From positions 298,496 to 362,495 of the forward strand of contig JAVLKG010000007.1 in assembly GCA_032128875.1 (NCBI GenBank): a stretch of DNA of 64,000 bases, given 5' to 3'. This DNA comes from Candidatus Melainabacteria bacterium 17Bon1m (GTDB taxonomy: Bacteria; Cyanobacteriota; Vampirovibrionia; Obscuribacterales; Obscuribacteraceae). The position numbers were made by a program, and so were the translations under genes. The notes beneath the pieces were generated by a model. That model was not told where the DNA came from and made no database searches. It saw nothing but the letters and a program-made list of their open reading frames with translations. This document shows positions 28,441-38,165 of this stretch, piece after piece (the stretch's first letter is position 1; each line of letters begins with the position of its first letter).

Positions 28441-31400
28441 CTAGTGTGTTTTAGAGCCAAACGGCGCGTACCAGTTAGGAGTGGTATTCGAGCAGTAAGC
28501 TGGAGATGAGGGCGGTGTGAAAGCATCAGATGCGAGTGCGTTCCCCCAAGCAAACGTGCATTCCATGTATTTACCAGTCGATAGCGAAAGATTGCTGTTG
28601 ATCAGCAAATCGGCGGTTGAATGCGTTAAGTTACTCACGGTTCCAACGTTTTGATTCGCATATGCAGCAAAAGCAAAAGCCTGTGCATACAGTTCTGAAA
28701 ATCCTGAGGAATTAGGATCCAGGCTAGAGAAGGCAAAGATGCCTCCGTCAGAAAGCCTGATTATTTCGCTGTTCGTTTTACCTGCATAAGCACCAACAGG
28801 ATCGTTCAACACGCCACTTGAACAGAATTGTTGACCCGTAACCCGGTCGATCACTCCTATAAGAGGAGCATCTAGGCCAGAACACGGATCTCTGTAGGTT
28901 GAACTTAACTCATCGCTTCCCAAAGCTGAATAGTCAAGGCGCAAGAAGTCGTTGTAAGCGAAGCCGATGTAGGTATTGCTCGTTGACTGCAAGCCACTAT
29001 TTTGGTGCTTATATGCATAATCAAGAGCATGCCCAATTTCGTGAACGGAAGTCTCTGTTTCCCTTACCTGATTACCGAAGAAAGGCGCTTCGAAAACCAT
29101 ACTGTAAGTCTTTCCTAAGATATCGCCTGTGTAACCAGAGGCCAGCAGACCAACGTTTGCTCCCAATGTGTTCAGTCCGAAGAAATTTACGGCATCATCG
29201 CGAGTAGCGAAAGTATAGATGTCCACATCATCCTCACTCAATTTAAATCGAGCTTGGGCAGGAACATGCTGCATTGCGTCATTCTGGATTTGTGAAGGTG
29301 TACCTCCAGTGCAGTCCCAGAAACTTTTCGGCCAGTCGCCAGTACTATTAGCGTACTGCTTGCAGGTGACTTCGCTTTCGATAACGGTATTCAAAATCTT
29401 TATAGATCCCGAGTCCGAATTGACGAAAAGCTTCGGAGCTGATTTCCTAAGTGCAACGCAACAGTCACCATCTCCACCATCACTTTCAACCGCGATCAAG
29501 GTGTTCACGTTGAAAGGTGTTGGGTTCGAGAGTTCAACATGTCCGCCGGCACCGCCATTGACACCACCGAGTGCACTGATCGACACAATTGTGCTCATAT
29601 CGAGCTCGTCAGTCGATCTGAGTTTGATGCTACCACCAGTCCCGCTGTCAGCAGCGTCCGCATTAAAGGAAGCCATTGAAAACGCAAGGCTAGTTTCCAT
29701 ATCTAATTGGATTTCTCCACCATCGCCTGACGAATCTGACCTTGCATCGAAGAAGCTGGTCCCTTCAAGCGCGATGCTTTCAGCGGAAATCGCAACTGTA
29801 CCACCGTTTCCAGTTCCAAAGGCACGTGCGTTAAACGAAACAGTAGAATCGTTGCTGCCTGCAATCGCGTCGGCTTCGATTGTCACTGTTCCAGCGTCAG
29901 CGTTGTTTCCATCGGCGTAGAAATTGACTGCACCGTAGTCGAACGACAGACTGGTTGCGCCTGAAGGACTGGTCCCGGGATAGTGGATAGTCTGTTTAGT
30001 ATCCTCACCGTACGCGAGGAAATTTGCGTTACCATAAAAACTGATGGGGTTTGCGGCAAAATAGCTTCCAGTCTCTTTGCCGTACGTGTATACGTTCAAT
30101 GTAGTATTGTCTGGCGAGTAGAATTGTAAGCTTCCGTTATTCACGTCGAACTGGCGAATATGCGGAAGAATCCCTCCCAAATTCAGCACGGTTCCAGTAT
30201 CAATGTTGAAGATGGCACCGTCCTTGATATCAGAACCAGAATCTCCATTAACATTGATTGTGGCGCCACCGGAATAGAAGAATTGGCGCGCCGCGATCAA
30301 AACATAGTGGTTTGAACCGTCTAGTCCATAATTGCTGGCATCTATAACGGAATTGTTGGTCAGTTCGACTCTTTGCGCACGAAGCACAATCTGTCCTGCT
30401 TTGCTAGTGCTGGAGCCTGCTGCGGAAAGCGTGCCACCCTTAAGCTTGATGTTTCCGCTATCGGCGTTGAGCAGGATTGCTCCCGCATCGGAATTTAAAG
30501 ATGCAACGCTGATTGCAGCGCCATTCTCTATCGTGATTCCGCCCGAACCCTTATTCTCCACACCTACATACTGAAGAGGAGTCTGATCCCAAAGAGGGGT
30601 TCCTCCACCAGATGTCTGTGGGGCGGAGCCACCAGTATCAGTAGTGGCAAATAAAGCAAGCGCATGATTGCTTCCTGAAGAAGTACCTATGACGAACTCG
30701 CTGATGTTGCCTGACAAATTGGTGTGAAGTCGAATTGCTCCTGCATAACTCGTACTCCCGGCATAGATGTTCTCAACGGAAATATCTCCGCCGGCGAAAA
30801 TTTCCGCTTCGAGAACATTGATATTTCCCGTTACAGTAACCTTTGCGCTAGATGAATAGGGCATGCCAGTATCAGCCCAGGCAGAAAAAACTCCAAAGAC
30901 GCTTGTGATTGAACCATTGACAGCAATAGAGCCGTTATCCTGGGTATCGATTGAAACCCCGTCGTGTCCGTCAATGTTTCCGTTGATTGTTACGTTTCCC
31001 TTCGACGAAGAAAGAACATAGTTAGTCTGGCTAGTCAGATTTCCATTCACAGTAATTGAATCGGATGATTCCAGAGAAACGTGATAGCCTTCGCTATTTA
31101 AGCTGCCCGTGATGAGCTGCGCTGATGAAGCGAAAGAGTCTACGATTGTTGCGGGTGAGCAACTCATGCTCGCGCGTACGACGCAATCTGCATCACTCAT
31201 AGGAGCACTCGATCCACCACCGGAAGTGGGAAGAGTGCCCTGAAGGTGGAAGTTGACACCAGCTGCGAGTCTAATAGCACCCGTTGTACTTACATCGCCT
31301 ACGGTAACATTGCCGCTCGCGACGGCGACAAAATCGACCAGAGTAGTTCCAGAATACGAGAAGCTCGGAACGGAAAGATCGCCACTAAAATTGTAGTACA

Positions 31401-31971
31401 GCGGATCTCCTGATGCGACCTGCTTTGTGATGATCAAATTGCCTTTGTTCACCCCGACAGCGATGTTTTCTGCTGAGAGTTCTACTTTGCCATTCAGGCT
31501 GTTGGCTCCAATTTTGAGAGCTTTATCAGCGGTGAAAATCACTCGTTCGGCAGTGAGGTCTCCGCCGACAAGTTCAATATCGCCGGTGGAAACAAAACCT
31601 ACGGCATCTGGGGCCTTGATAGTGCCCGCCTTAAGGTTGAGCGCAAAGGGGCCGGTGCCATTATTTTGGAACGTCAAATTGAGCACATTAGAAATGATGA
31701 CACCATCATTTTGAAGTCCAGAAGCTTCAATTTGAGCTTGACGGACATCGCCGATAATCTGCAAGGTACCGTGATTCTCAAAACGCCCTTGGACGCGAAG
31801 CGGTCCCTTGGATGCGTCATAAGTGGCTGTCGCTCCTTGAGGAATAACGAGATCACCTACAGTACTTTTAACTTTAATAGGTTGAGACGTTTCGGGATGA
31901 GCCGAAACTGGGGAAAGCGCAAACATCGACAAGCAGGTCAATGCTGTGAACATCGCGAGCCTTATTCGCAT
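28441..31971 (-). CDS. Large secreted FHA-like beta-helical protein with C-terminal HEXXH metallopeptidase-like domain
   Basis: Signal peptide, ITVNGNL/GNGGTVAI repeats, VHEIGHALD..SELYAQAF; AGGAG RBS. Confidence 0.8.
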   Translation of the reverse strand: MRIRLAMFTALTCLSMFALSPVSAHPETSQPIKVKSTVGDLVIPQGATATYDASKGPLRVQGRFENHGTLQIIGDVRQAQIEASGLQNDGVIISNVLNLTFQNNGTGPFALNLKAGTIKAPDAVGFVSTGDIELVGGDLTAERVIFTADKALKIGANSLNGKVELSAENIAVGVNKGNLIITKQVASGDPLYYNFSGDLSVPSFSYSGTTLVDFVAVASGNVTVGDVSTTGAIRLAAGVNFHLQGTLPTSGGGSSAPMSDADCVVRASMSCSPATIVDSFASSAQLITGSLNSEGYHVSLESSDSITVNGNLTSQTNYVLSSSKGNVTINGNIDGHDGVSIDTQDNGSIAVNGSITSVFGVFSAWADTGMPYSSSAKVTVTGNINVLEAEIFAGGDISVENIYAGSTSYAGAIRLHTNLSGNISEFVIGTSSGSNHALALFATTDTGGSAPQTSGGGTPLWDQTPLQYVGVENKGSGGITIENGAAISVASLNSDAGAILLNADSGNIKLKGGTLSAAGSSTSKAGQIVLRAQRVELTNNSVIDASNYGLDGSNHYVLIAARQFFYSGGATINVNGDSGSDIKDGAIFNIDTGTVLNLGGILPHIRQFDVNNGSLQFYSPDNTTLNVYTYGKETGSYFAANPISFYGNANFLAYGEDTKQTIHYPGTSPSGATSLSFDYGAVNFYADGNNADAGTVTIEADAIAGSNDSTVSFNARAFGTGNGGTVAISAESIALEGTSFFDARSDSSGDGGEIQLDMETSLAFSMASFNADAADSGTGGSIKLRSTDELDMSTIVSISALGGVNGGAGGHVELSNPTPFNVNTLIAVESDGGDGDCCVALRKSAPKLFVNSDSGSIKILNTVIESEVTCKQYANSTGDWPKSFWDCTGGTPSQIQNDAMQHVPAQARFKLSEDDVDIYTFATRDDAVNFFGLNTLGANVGLLASGYTGDILGKTYSMVFEAPFFGNQVRETETSVHEIGHALDYAYKHQNSGLQSTSNTYIGFAYNDFLRLDYSALGSDELSSTYRDPCSGLDAPLIGVIDRVTGQQFCSSGVLNDPVGAYAGKTNSEIIRLSDGGIFAFSSLDPNSSGFSELYAQAFAFAAYANQNVGTVSNLTHSTADLLINSNLSLSTGKYMECTFAWGNALASDAFTPPSSPAYCSNTTPNWYAPFGSKTH

Positions 31972-32594
31972 GTTTTTCTCCTGTTTAAGTTGGTTTGGTT
32001 CCACCTCTTCTCTCAAATCCAGGCACAGCAACGTTTTGAACAGCGTTGCTGTTCATGTCTTGCTGGTTTCTATCCTTCTATTTGCGCTGGGCGCTGGGAA
32101 TTTCTCTGGATGATTACTGGAAAAGTGGACAGCTCAACCTATGTTTCCGGCACGCTCAAATTCGCCTCAGAAGCCGTAATCGTTACAGAGTCAACGTTTC
32201 TTAACTGCGTAAAGTTTGTAAATGCGCGGTCTTGTATAAGTGTCAAGCCGGAAATATTTAGGCATAGAGCCAATCTAAATGAAATCGAAAGGCTAGCGCC
32301 AAGGTTAAAGAGCTGGTATTCTTTTGGTAACTAAAAGCTAAAAAAGCATCATTCGCGCTAGTTTTCCGAATCGCGCTTTGTCGTGATTTCAAGATGTTTG
32401 GCGCAATTTTTATTGGTCTTGATTTTCGGAACAAAGTGGCCACAAGGTTTTAGGCTGAATGTCCGATTATGCCTGTAATGATTCATTCACCAAATATGAC
32501 TTGATTATTACTATCTCCTGTTTTGCGTGATCGGCTGCGGCAGTCCCTGAAATACGTTTTTCCCTAATTTTTTTGTTCTGCTTGACGCATTTAA

Positions 32595-33815
32595 TTAGGC
32601 GGGTATCTGCAGTTTTTCCTTGAGAAACACTTGATGCAGCGAGTCTGCTGCAAGGTGCAGCTGGTCGTGTTTTACCCAAAAAGAAACTCGCGATTGCCCT
32701 TCAACGTTCCAAAAGCGCGGGACTATTTTGTGGTGAATGAGGCTGGAGAATACTTTGTTTACTGTGTCTCCGGCGTTGTAAAAATCCCCAACCAATGAGA
32801 GTTTCGCGAGTGGTTTTGCGTGCTCCATTGGTAGGTGCAACTCGATTGCTAATTCATTTACCAGTCCAATCACGTCATGCACGTGTCGATTGCTGACTGC
32901 TAAGTAGGCTTTGTGAGCGGTCTTTCTGCCCACTCTGCAAATCACTTCGAGCGGCATGCCGAGTTCTACCGCGCGATTTTTGAACTCTTGAATTATGGCA
33001 AGCTCAGCGAGGTTGTCTGCTCTGTGCACCGCGAAGATTTCTTGTTGAGAATCGCACGCGACGCCGAGGAAGTCGCCGGTCGAACTTCCGTCTATAAGCG
33101 TGCCTTGGTCCGCCGGATTGTACGCAGATCTAACTCTCAGTTCGACGTTGTACTCGCGGGCGATGTCCATGGCGGACGGCGCCATAACGAGTGCGCCGGC
33201 TTTGGCGAAGTTGAGCATCTCAGTGTAATTCACTTGTTCGTACTTCACCGATCTGTCGCACATTCGGGGATCGCATGAATAGATACCGTCGACGTCGGTG
33301 AAGATATCGCAGCGCTCTGCTTTCAGGTGTGCTGCTATGGCGACCGCGGTGGTGTCGGAGCCTCCGCGTCCCAGTGTTGTGATTGCGCAGCTTTCGGACA
33401 CGCCTTGATACCCGCACACTACCGCCACGCGCTTTTGCTTCAGGCATTTCATCAGAGCGTATGTGTCCACGCATTTGATTTCGGCTGAGCCGTATTGATT
33501 GTCTGTCAGAATTCCTGCCTGCCATCCGGTGAACGCAGTGGCTGGCACATCTATGGAATTCAGAGCCATAGCCAAAAGGCTGGTGGAAACTTGCTCGCCC
33601 GTCGAGAGCAGCAAATCCATTTCGCGCTTTGATTTTTTTGCGTCGAACGAACTGCTCAAGAGCAGCAGGTCGTCGGTTGAGTTACCCATTGCAGATGCCA
33701 CGACCACTACAGAGAAGCCCTCATCGACGCTTTTCTGCACTATCGCTGCGGCGTCTCGAATTCGCTGAATACTACCCAGCGACGAGCCGCCGAATTTCTG
33801 CACGATGATTTTCAT
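32595..33815 (-). CDS. lysC: Aspartate kinase
   Basis: VQKFGGSS, VVVASAMG..TDDL, TGEQ, TTLGRGGSDTTA, TDVDGIY..DPR; diverged ACT region. Confidence 0.9.
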   Translation of the reverse strand: MKIIVQKFGGSSLGSIQRIRDAAAIVQKSVDEGFSVVVVASAMGNSTDDLLLLSSSFDAKKSKREMDLLLSTGEQVSTSLLAMALNSIDVPATAFTGWQAGILTDNQYGSAEIKCVDTYALMKCLKQKRVAVVCGYQGVSESCAITTLGRGGSDTTAVAIAAHLKAERCDIFTDVDGIYSCDPRMCDRSVKYEQVNYTEMLNFAKAGALVMAPSAMDIAREYNVELRVRSAYNPADQGTLIDGSSTGDFLGVACDSQQEIFAVHRADNLAELAIIQEFKNRAVELGMPLEVICRVGRKTAHKAYLAVSNRHVHDVIGLVNELAIELHLPMEHAKPLAKLSLVGDFYNAGDTVNKVFSSLIHHKIVPRFWNVEGQSRVSFWVKHDQLHLAADSLHQVFLKEKLQIPA

Positions 33816-34000
33816 TTTGATACCTCGGGATTCGATACTAATAACTTCGCGTGAAAGCCCGGGCGAGCGCCGTCCGGGCCTTCGCGATGGTTCAGGTCTG
33901 TGATGGAAACTTGCTAGCGGCTAACTGGTGCCGCGCTTTGCGCTGCGGTCTTATGCCGTGGCTTATGCCGCAGTTCTATGCCGCGTCTTGCCCTGCAGTC

Positions 34001-34162
34001 CTATGGACCTGCAATCGGGTCGAACATCGGTTTATTGCCGTAAGCCGTTTTGATGGTTTTGACTCTTCCACGCACGGTCGTTGCCCGGCTGGATCGCGAA
34101 TGTGCGTTCAGTTTCAAAGTCACATTCTTTCTACTGTTGGGTTCCCTTTTCTTTGTTTTCAT
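34001..34162 (-). CDS. Putative 53-aa leader peptide of aspartokinase
   Basis: GAGGAGG RBS; MKTKKREPNSRKNVTLKLNAHSRSSRATTVRGRVKTIKTAYGNKPMFDPIAGP*. Confidence 0.6.
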   Translation of the reverse strand: MKTKKREPNSRKNVTLKLNAHSRSSRATTVRGRVKTIKTAYGNKPMFDPIAGP

Positions 34163-34375
34163 GGCTGCGATTCCTCCTCTGGAAATTGTTCAACCTGTGC
34201 TTAATTAGACTCCCGGGGGCGTCCAGAAGAGGCATAGATTTCGCCCGCCGACATAAAGTTAGTGTCAATTCATAATTCATTAATTGCCGGCTAGTTTTGA
34301 ACCTTAAACGCGGTCGAATAACGCCCTAAGAGGCTGTCATTTGATCTAGACTTCTTAACTCTGGAGGAAACGCCC

Positions 34376-34774
34376 GTGACGGACGATTTTGAACAGGCGC
34401 TGGCGTTTGAAACGTTGGCTGCATCGCTAAAGATGGACCAGAAGGCAGCAGCCGATATGGTTGAACAGCTGGCGCGGATGCTCAGTAGCTGCTTGCCGGA
34501 CAGCGTGGAAATCAAGCGCGGCGGCAATATCTTCTCCAAGGAGAAGCCAGTCGAGCAAATGACTATTAAGTTCGACGATTCCAATTACCAGATTGTCAAA
34601 GTTAGCAATGGTCGCTATACCGCTAAGCACCTCAAAATGGTGCGTGGTGTGGCGTTAAAAACGACTGAAATGCCATTTGATAAGTGTTTTAACGAGATTG
34701 TAGAAAATCTCGCCAAGATGGCTGAAAACAATGCGGCAGCTCGGATGGCACTCAACAAGTTTGTACTTGGCTAG
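34376..34774 (+). CDS. Conserved hypothetical protein, first gene of the YbjQ-like operon
   Basis: GGAGG RBS; LAASL..VRGVALKT motif. Confidence 0.75.
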   Translation: MTDDFEQALAFETLAASLKMDQKAAADMVEQLARMLSSCLPDSVEIKRGGNIFSKEKPVEQMTIKFDDSNYQIVKVSNGRYTAKHLKMVRGVALKTTEMPFDKCFNEIVENLAKMAENNAAARMALNKFVLG

Positions 34775-34792
34775 ATGGCGAACTGACACCAT

Positions 34793-35803
34793 ATGTGGTT
34801 TAAATTCAAAGCAGAATCACCTGAGGAAGTTGAGCGTAAACGTAGTGTAGAAACTGCAATTACAGCACTCCAGAACGGCGAGGTGATGCCGCGCGCCCGC
34901 CATCGAATTGAGCATCATATGGCGAGTGGTGCAAAACTTTTCTCGACAGACATGACTGTCAAAGAACATATTCTTATTGAAGAATGCGGGATTCAGCCGC
35001 TTGGACAGGTCATGGGTTCTTGCTTCTACCGTATCGGACTTTGGAACACCAATGTTTCTAATCGCTACACTGGCGAAATTTATGCCATTGCCGATGCGCA
35101 TCGCGATGCTCGTCAGAAAGCGGTAGATCGCATGAAGAAGGAGGCGGCGTTGTATGGTGCTGACGGAATCGTCAGTGTTCGCATCAAATCTAGCCGCGCT
35201 GATTACAGCTCAGATTTAGTTGAATTTACAGCGATAGGAACAGCTGTGAAAGTTCATAATTGGGAAAAGGAAGATCTCGATGATGAGCCATTTACCAGTG
35301 AGTTGAGCGGACAGGAATTTTGGCAGTTGATTCATGCCGGATACAGACCAGTCAATATCGTTTTCGGTATCTGCGCATACTACATAAACACCGATTATTC
35401 GACGCGCAGCCTGACATCGCGCAGCGTGTGGTTTAACCAGGGCAACCAGGAAGTTAGGCAATGGACTCAAGGTTTTTATGAGGCTCGTGAACGTGCCATG
35501 AGCGGCATGCAGAAAGATATTGAAGATCACGGCGCAGATGGCTGTGTGGGCATGTACGTTGATTGTGAGATTGAAGATATTGAGTACGAAGTTAACGACA
35601 CGAGATATTTGGATTTGTTGATTACGATCACGGCATTGGGATCTTCTGTCAAAAAGATGAAGAGACCTCACAAAGCAATAGAGCGAAAACCGCTTACGAT
35701 GCTGAATTTGTCCAACAAGAGTTTTGTGACTATTGGAGGATCTCGGACTGACGAGTTGCGTGGCTCGATTGACGACGAAGATTTTATGAACGATTACGAC
35801 TGA
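34793..35803 (+). CDS. Double YbjQ/UPF0145-like (putative heavy-metal-binding) protein
   Basis: AR..A..RM..EA...GADGIV..EFTAIGTAV pattern twice; FTSELSGQEFW. Confidence 0.8.
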   Translation: MWFKFKAESPEEVERKRSVETAITALQNGEVMPRARHRIEHHMASGAKLFSTDMTVKEHILIEECGIQPLGQVMGSCFYRIGLWNTNVSNRYTGEIYAIADAHRDARQKAVDRMKKEAALYGADGIVSVRIKSSRADYSSDLVEFTAIGTAVKVHNWEKEDLDDEPFTSELSGQEFWQLIHAGYRPVNIVFGICAYYINTDYSTRSLTSRSVWFNQGNQEVRQWTQGFYEARERAMSGMQKDIEDHGADGCVGMYVDCEIEDIEYEVNDTRYLDLLITITALGSSVKKMKRPHKAIERKPLTMLNLSNKSFVTIGGSRTDELRGSIDDEDFMNDYD

Positions 35804-35872
35804 TTTGAAACGCGCATTAGAAACAAAGGTTTGGCATTCCACGGTTAAGTAAGAACTCAAAGGAACAGGAAA

Positions 35873-36694
35873 ATGACCAGCTCATCCGGATCGGGAGATC
35901 TTCCACAACACGCTAAAGAACGCCTTCATCAAATGATGGGTGAGGGTGGGCACCGCAAATTGTTTACTAGCGATTTGACGGTCAACGAATTCTTGCTGGT
36001 CAAAGAGTGTGGCTTCGAACCGCTAGGCATGGTCGTTGGTACATCCATCTATCACATCGGCTTTCAGCAAGCGAAGTGGACGCAGAATATGGAGATGGAA
36101 GTTCTCACGCAAGCGATGTATCACGCCCGCGAGTTAGCGATGACACGTATGGAAGAAGAGGCGCATGAATTGGGTGCTGACGGTGTTGTGGCAGTTCGCT
36201 TGACCGTAAAGCACATGTCGTGGAACTCTGATATTGCTGAATTCGTTGCAATCGGAACAGCAGTGCGACACGTCGATAATGACGGCAAATACAAAGCTTT
36301 GAATGGTCGCCCTTTCACAAGTGACTTGTCCGGTCAGGACTTCTGGACCTTGCTGCATGCCGGATATCGCCCAGTCGGAATGGTTATGGGCAATTGCGTG
36401 TATCACATCGCGCACCAGACTTTTGGTCAATGGTTCAAATCAGTTGGGCAGAATGTGGAGATGACCAACTTCACACAGGGCCTCTATGATGCGCGCGAAC
36501 TGGCGATGGAGCGCATGCAGTCTGAGGCGGAAGGTCTGCAAGCAGAGGGAATCGTCGGTGTGGACATTCACGAAGGCAACTACGGATGGAGTACTCACGT
36601 AATCGAGTTCTTCGTCGTAGGCACAGCGATTGTTCCTATCCGCGCCGATCACCACATTCCGACGCCGCAGTTAGTGTTGTCTTTGAACGACTAG
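35873..36694 (+). CDS. Double YbjQ/UPF0145-like protein, paralog of the previous gene
   Basis: FTSDLTVNEF, ARELAMTRMEEEA..GADGVV, FTSDLSGQDFW. Confidence 0.85.
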   Translation: MTSSSGSGDLPQHAKERLHQMMGEGGHRKLFTSDLTVNEFLLVKECGFEPLGMVVGTSIYHIGFQQAKWTQNMEMEVLTQAMYHARELAMTRMEEEAHELGADGVVAVRLTVKHMSWNSDIAEFVAIGTAVRHVDNDGKYKALNGRPFTSDLSGQDFWTLLHAGYRPVGMVMGNCVYHIAHQTFGQWFKSVGQNVEMTNFTQGLYDARELAMERMQSEAEGLQAEGIVGVDIHEGNYGWSTHVIEFFVVGTAIVPIRADHHIPTPQLVLSLND

Positions 36695-36795
36695 CAGCTT
36701 GTAAGTGTTGAAGGAAATGACCGGAGCGCCGCATCTTGGCGGCTTTGAAAATTTTCTTCCCTCCGAAGCCGGCGAGCCGCCGGCGCTCCAAGGTT

Positions 36796-37989
36796 TTAGC
36801 CTTGTGAGCTGCGGATCGCGAACTGAATAATTGCCTGACTCAAGTCGAGTGCGCCAGTGCGAATACTTTGTCTGAGAGACACCGCGAACTGCACGAGGTC
36901 GCGCTGATCCGGGTAATAGCGCATGAGTGATAGTTCCAGCGGTTTTGAACTCTCTACGGCAAACTCGATCGCCTCTTTGAAGTTTTCACTGGATAAGTGT
37001 TTGAAGTCGTCGTAATCCGCCAAGATCTTCCTGACGAACTGCGGCTCATGAGCCAGTTTTGTGCAAAGCTCTTTGAGTTGGACCAAGCGGAAGAAACCGG
37101 CGACTTTGAAAAATTGATAGAGGCTCATGTTTTTCTCTAGCACAGTGGGCACCAGTCCTGCCGCTTCTAGCAATTCTTCAGTTCTTGCCGGCGTCGCTGA
37201 AATCGCTTTGAGCAATTCAATTGCCGCTTCCGGTTTCATCATGCCATGCCGAACATCGCGTTGCATGCGCAGAGATAGCGACAAGTGCTCCGGTCGCACG
37301 GGACCTTTTTCTGCAAGAACAACCCCGAGCAAGCGCTTGCGCTGCCGCGCTTCAGTGAGCGCCTCTTCCAATTCGCCTTCGCTGATTAATCCTGATTTGG
37401 TCAGCAATTCTCCAAGCAGCATTCCCTGGTTTTCCTTGGCGGCGATTTTGTCGGCAACAGAACTGAGGTGTTCTAGTGCCTTTTCGAGACTCACTTCGCC
37501 GTTTCTTATGTGCTCTTGTGTTTTCAGAAATTCGCTGAGCAACTGTTCTGAAATCAAATCGAGGGTAGTTAAAACGCGCCCGAGCGGCAAGCCCGACGCG
37601 TGTGCGGCGCTCAACAAACCGCGCAGTTCATCCTCGCCGATGATGTTTGTTTTCGTCAGCAACTCGCCTAGGCGGAAACCCTTGCTGGCATAAGCGTCGA
37701 TTTCCATGAGAATGAGTGCGTCGGGCAAATTCCAGCGGTTGCGGCGGCAGGTTCTCAATGCCTCTAGCGCGTCGTCTTTGGAGATAAAGCCGTCTTTCAG
37801 CATCCACTGAGCATGTACCGCCGCCAAAACAAGCGAGTCGGACATTTTTTCCTGGATTACCAATGCCTTGCCCAGCGGAATCCGGCAATTGTCGGAAACG
37901 GCTTTCCCTTTTGTGACGTCGGTTTCTGTGACGATTCCCGCCTGCGTCAGCAGTGTACCTAATCGAATATCTTCATGCCCTTGTGGCAT
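36796..37989 (-). CDS. Stand-alone MshEN/GspE-N-like repeat protein
   Basis: RLGTLLTQAGIV, RLGELLTKTNII, LLGELLTKSGLI, each with a partner half motif ending in Q. Confidence 0.8.
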   Translation of the reverse strand: MPQGHEDIRLGTLLTQAGIVTETDVTKGKAVSDNCRIPLGKALVIQEKMSDSLVLAAVHAQWMLKDGFISKDDALEALRTCRRNRWNLPDALILMEIDAYASKGFRLGELLTKTNIIGEDELRGLLSAAHASGLPLGRVLTTLDLISEQLLSEFLKTQEHIRNGEVSLEKALEHLSSVADKIAAKENQGMLLGELLTKSGLISEGELEEALTEARQRKRLLGVVLAEKGPVRPEHLSLSLRMQRDVRHGMMKPEAAIELLKAISATPARTEELLEAAGLVPTVLEKNMSLYQFFKVAGFFRLVQLKELCTKLAHEPQFVRKILADYDDFKHLSSENFKEAIEFAVESSKPLELSLMRYYPDQRDLVQFAVSLRQSIRTGALDLSQAIIQFAIRSSQG

Positions 37990-38165
37990 AGGTCACCGTT
38001 TTGCCCAGTGAATGTCTAGCAAACTCAATCCCTGATTGAAGATTAGCTGCCTCGGAATCCTGCGGTTTTTTTGTACCGCGGTAGCCAGTAAGTGCTTTGT
38101 TCATCATGCCCAAGTCACGCGTGATTTTCTCCAATTGTGACAGTAGTTTTTTGTCTATAATCGAA

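Noticed and set aside
33816-34000. Lysine riboswitch upstream of lysC
   Set aside because: Could not identify the conserved L-box elements by eye; an Rfam scan is still needed
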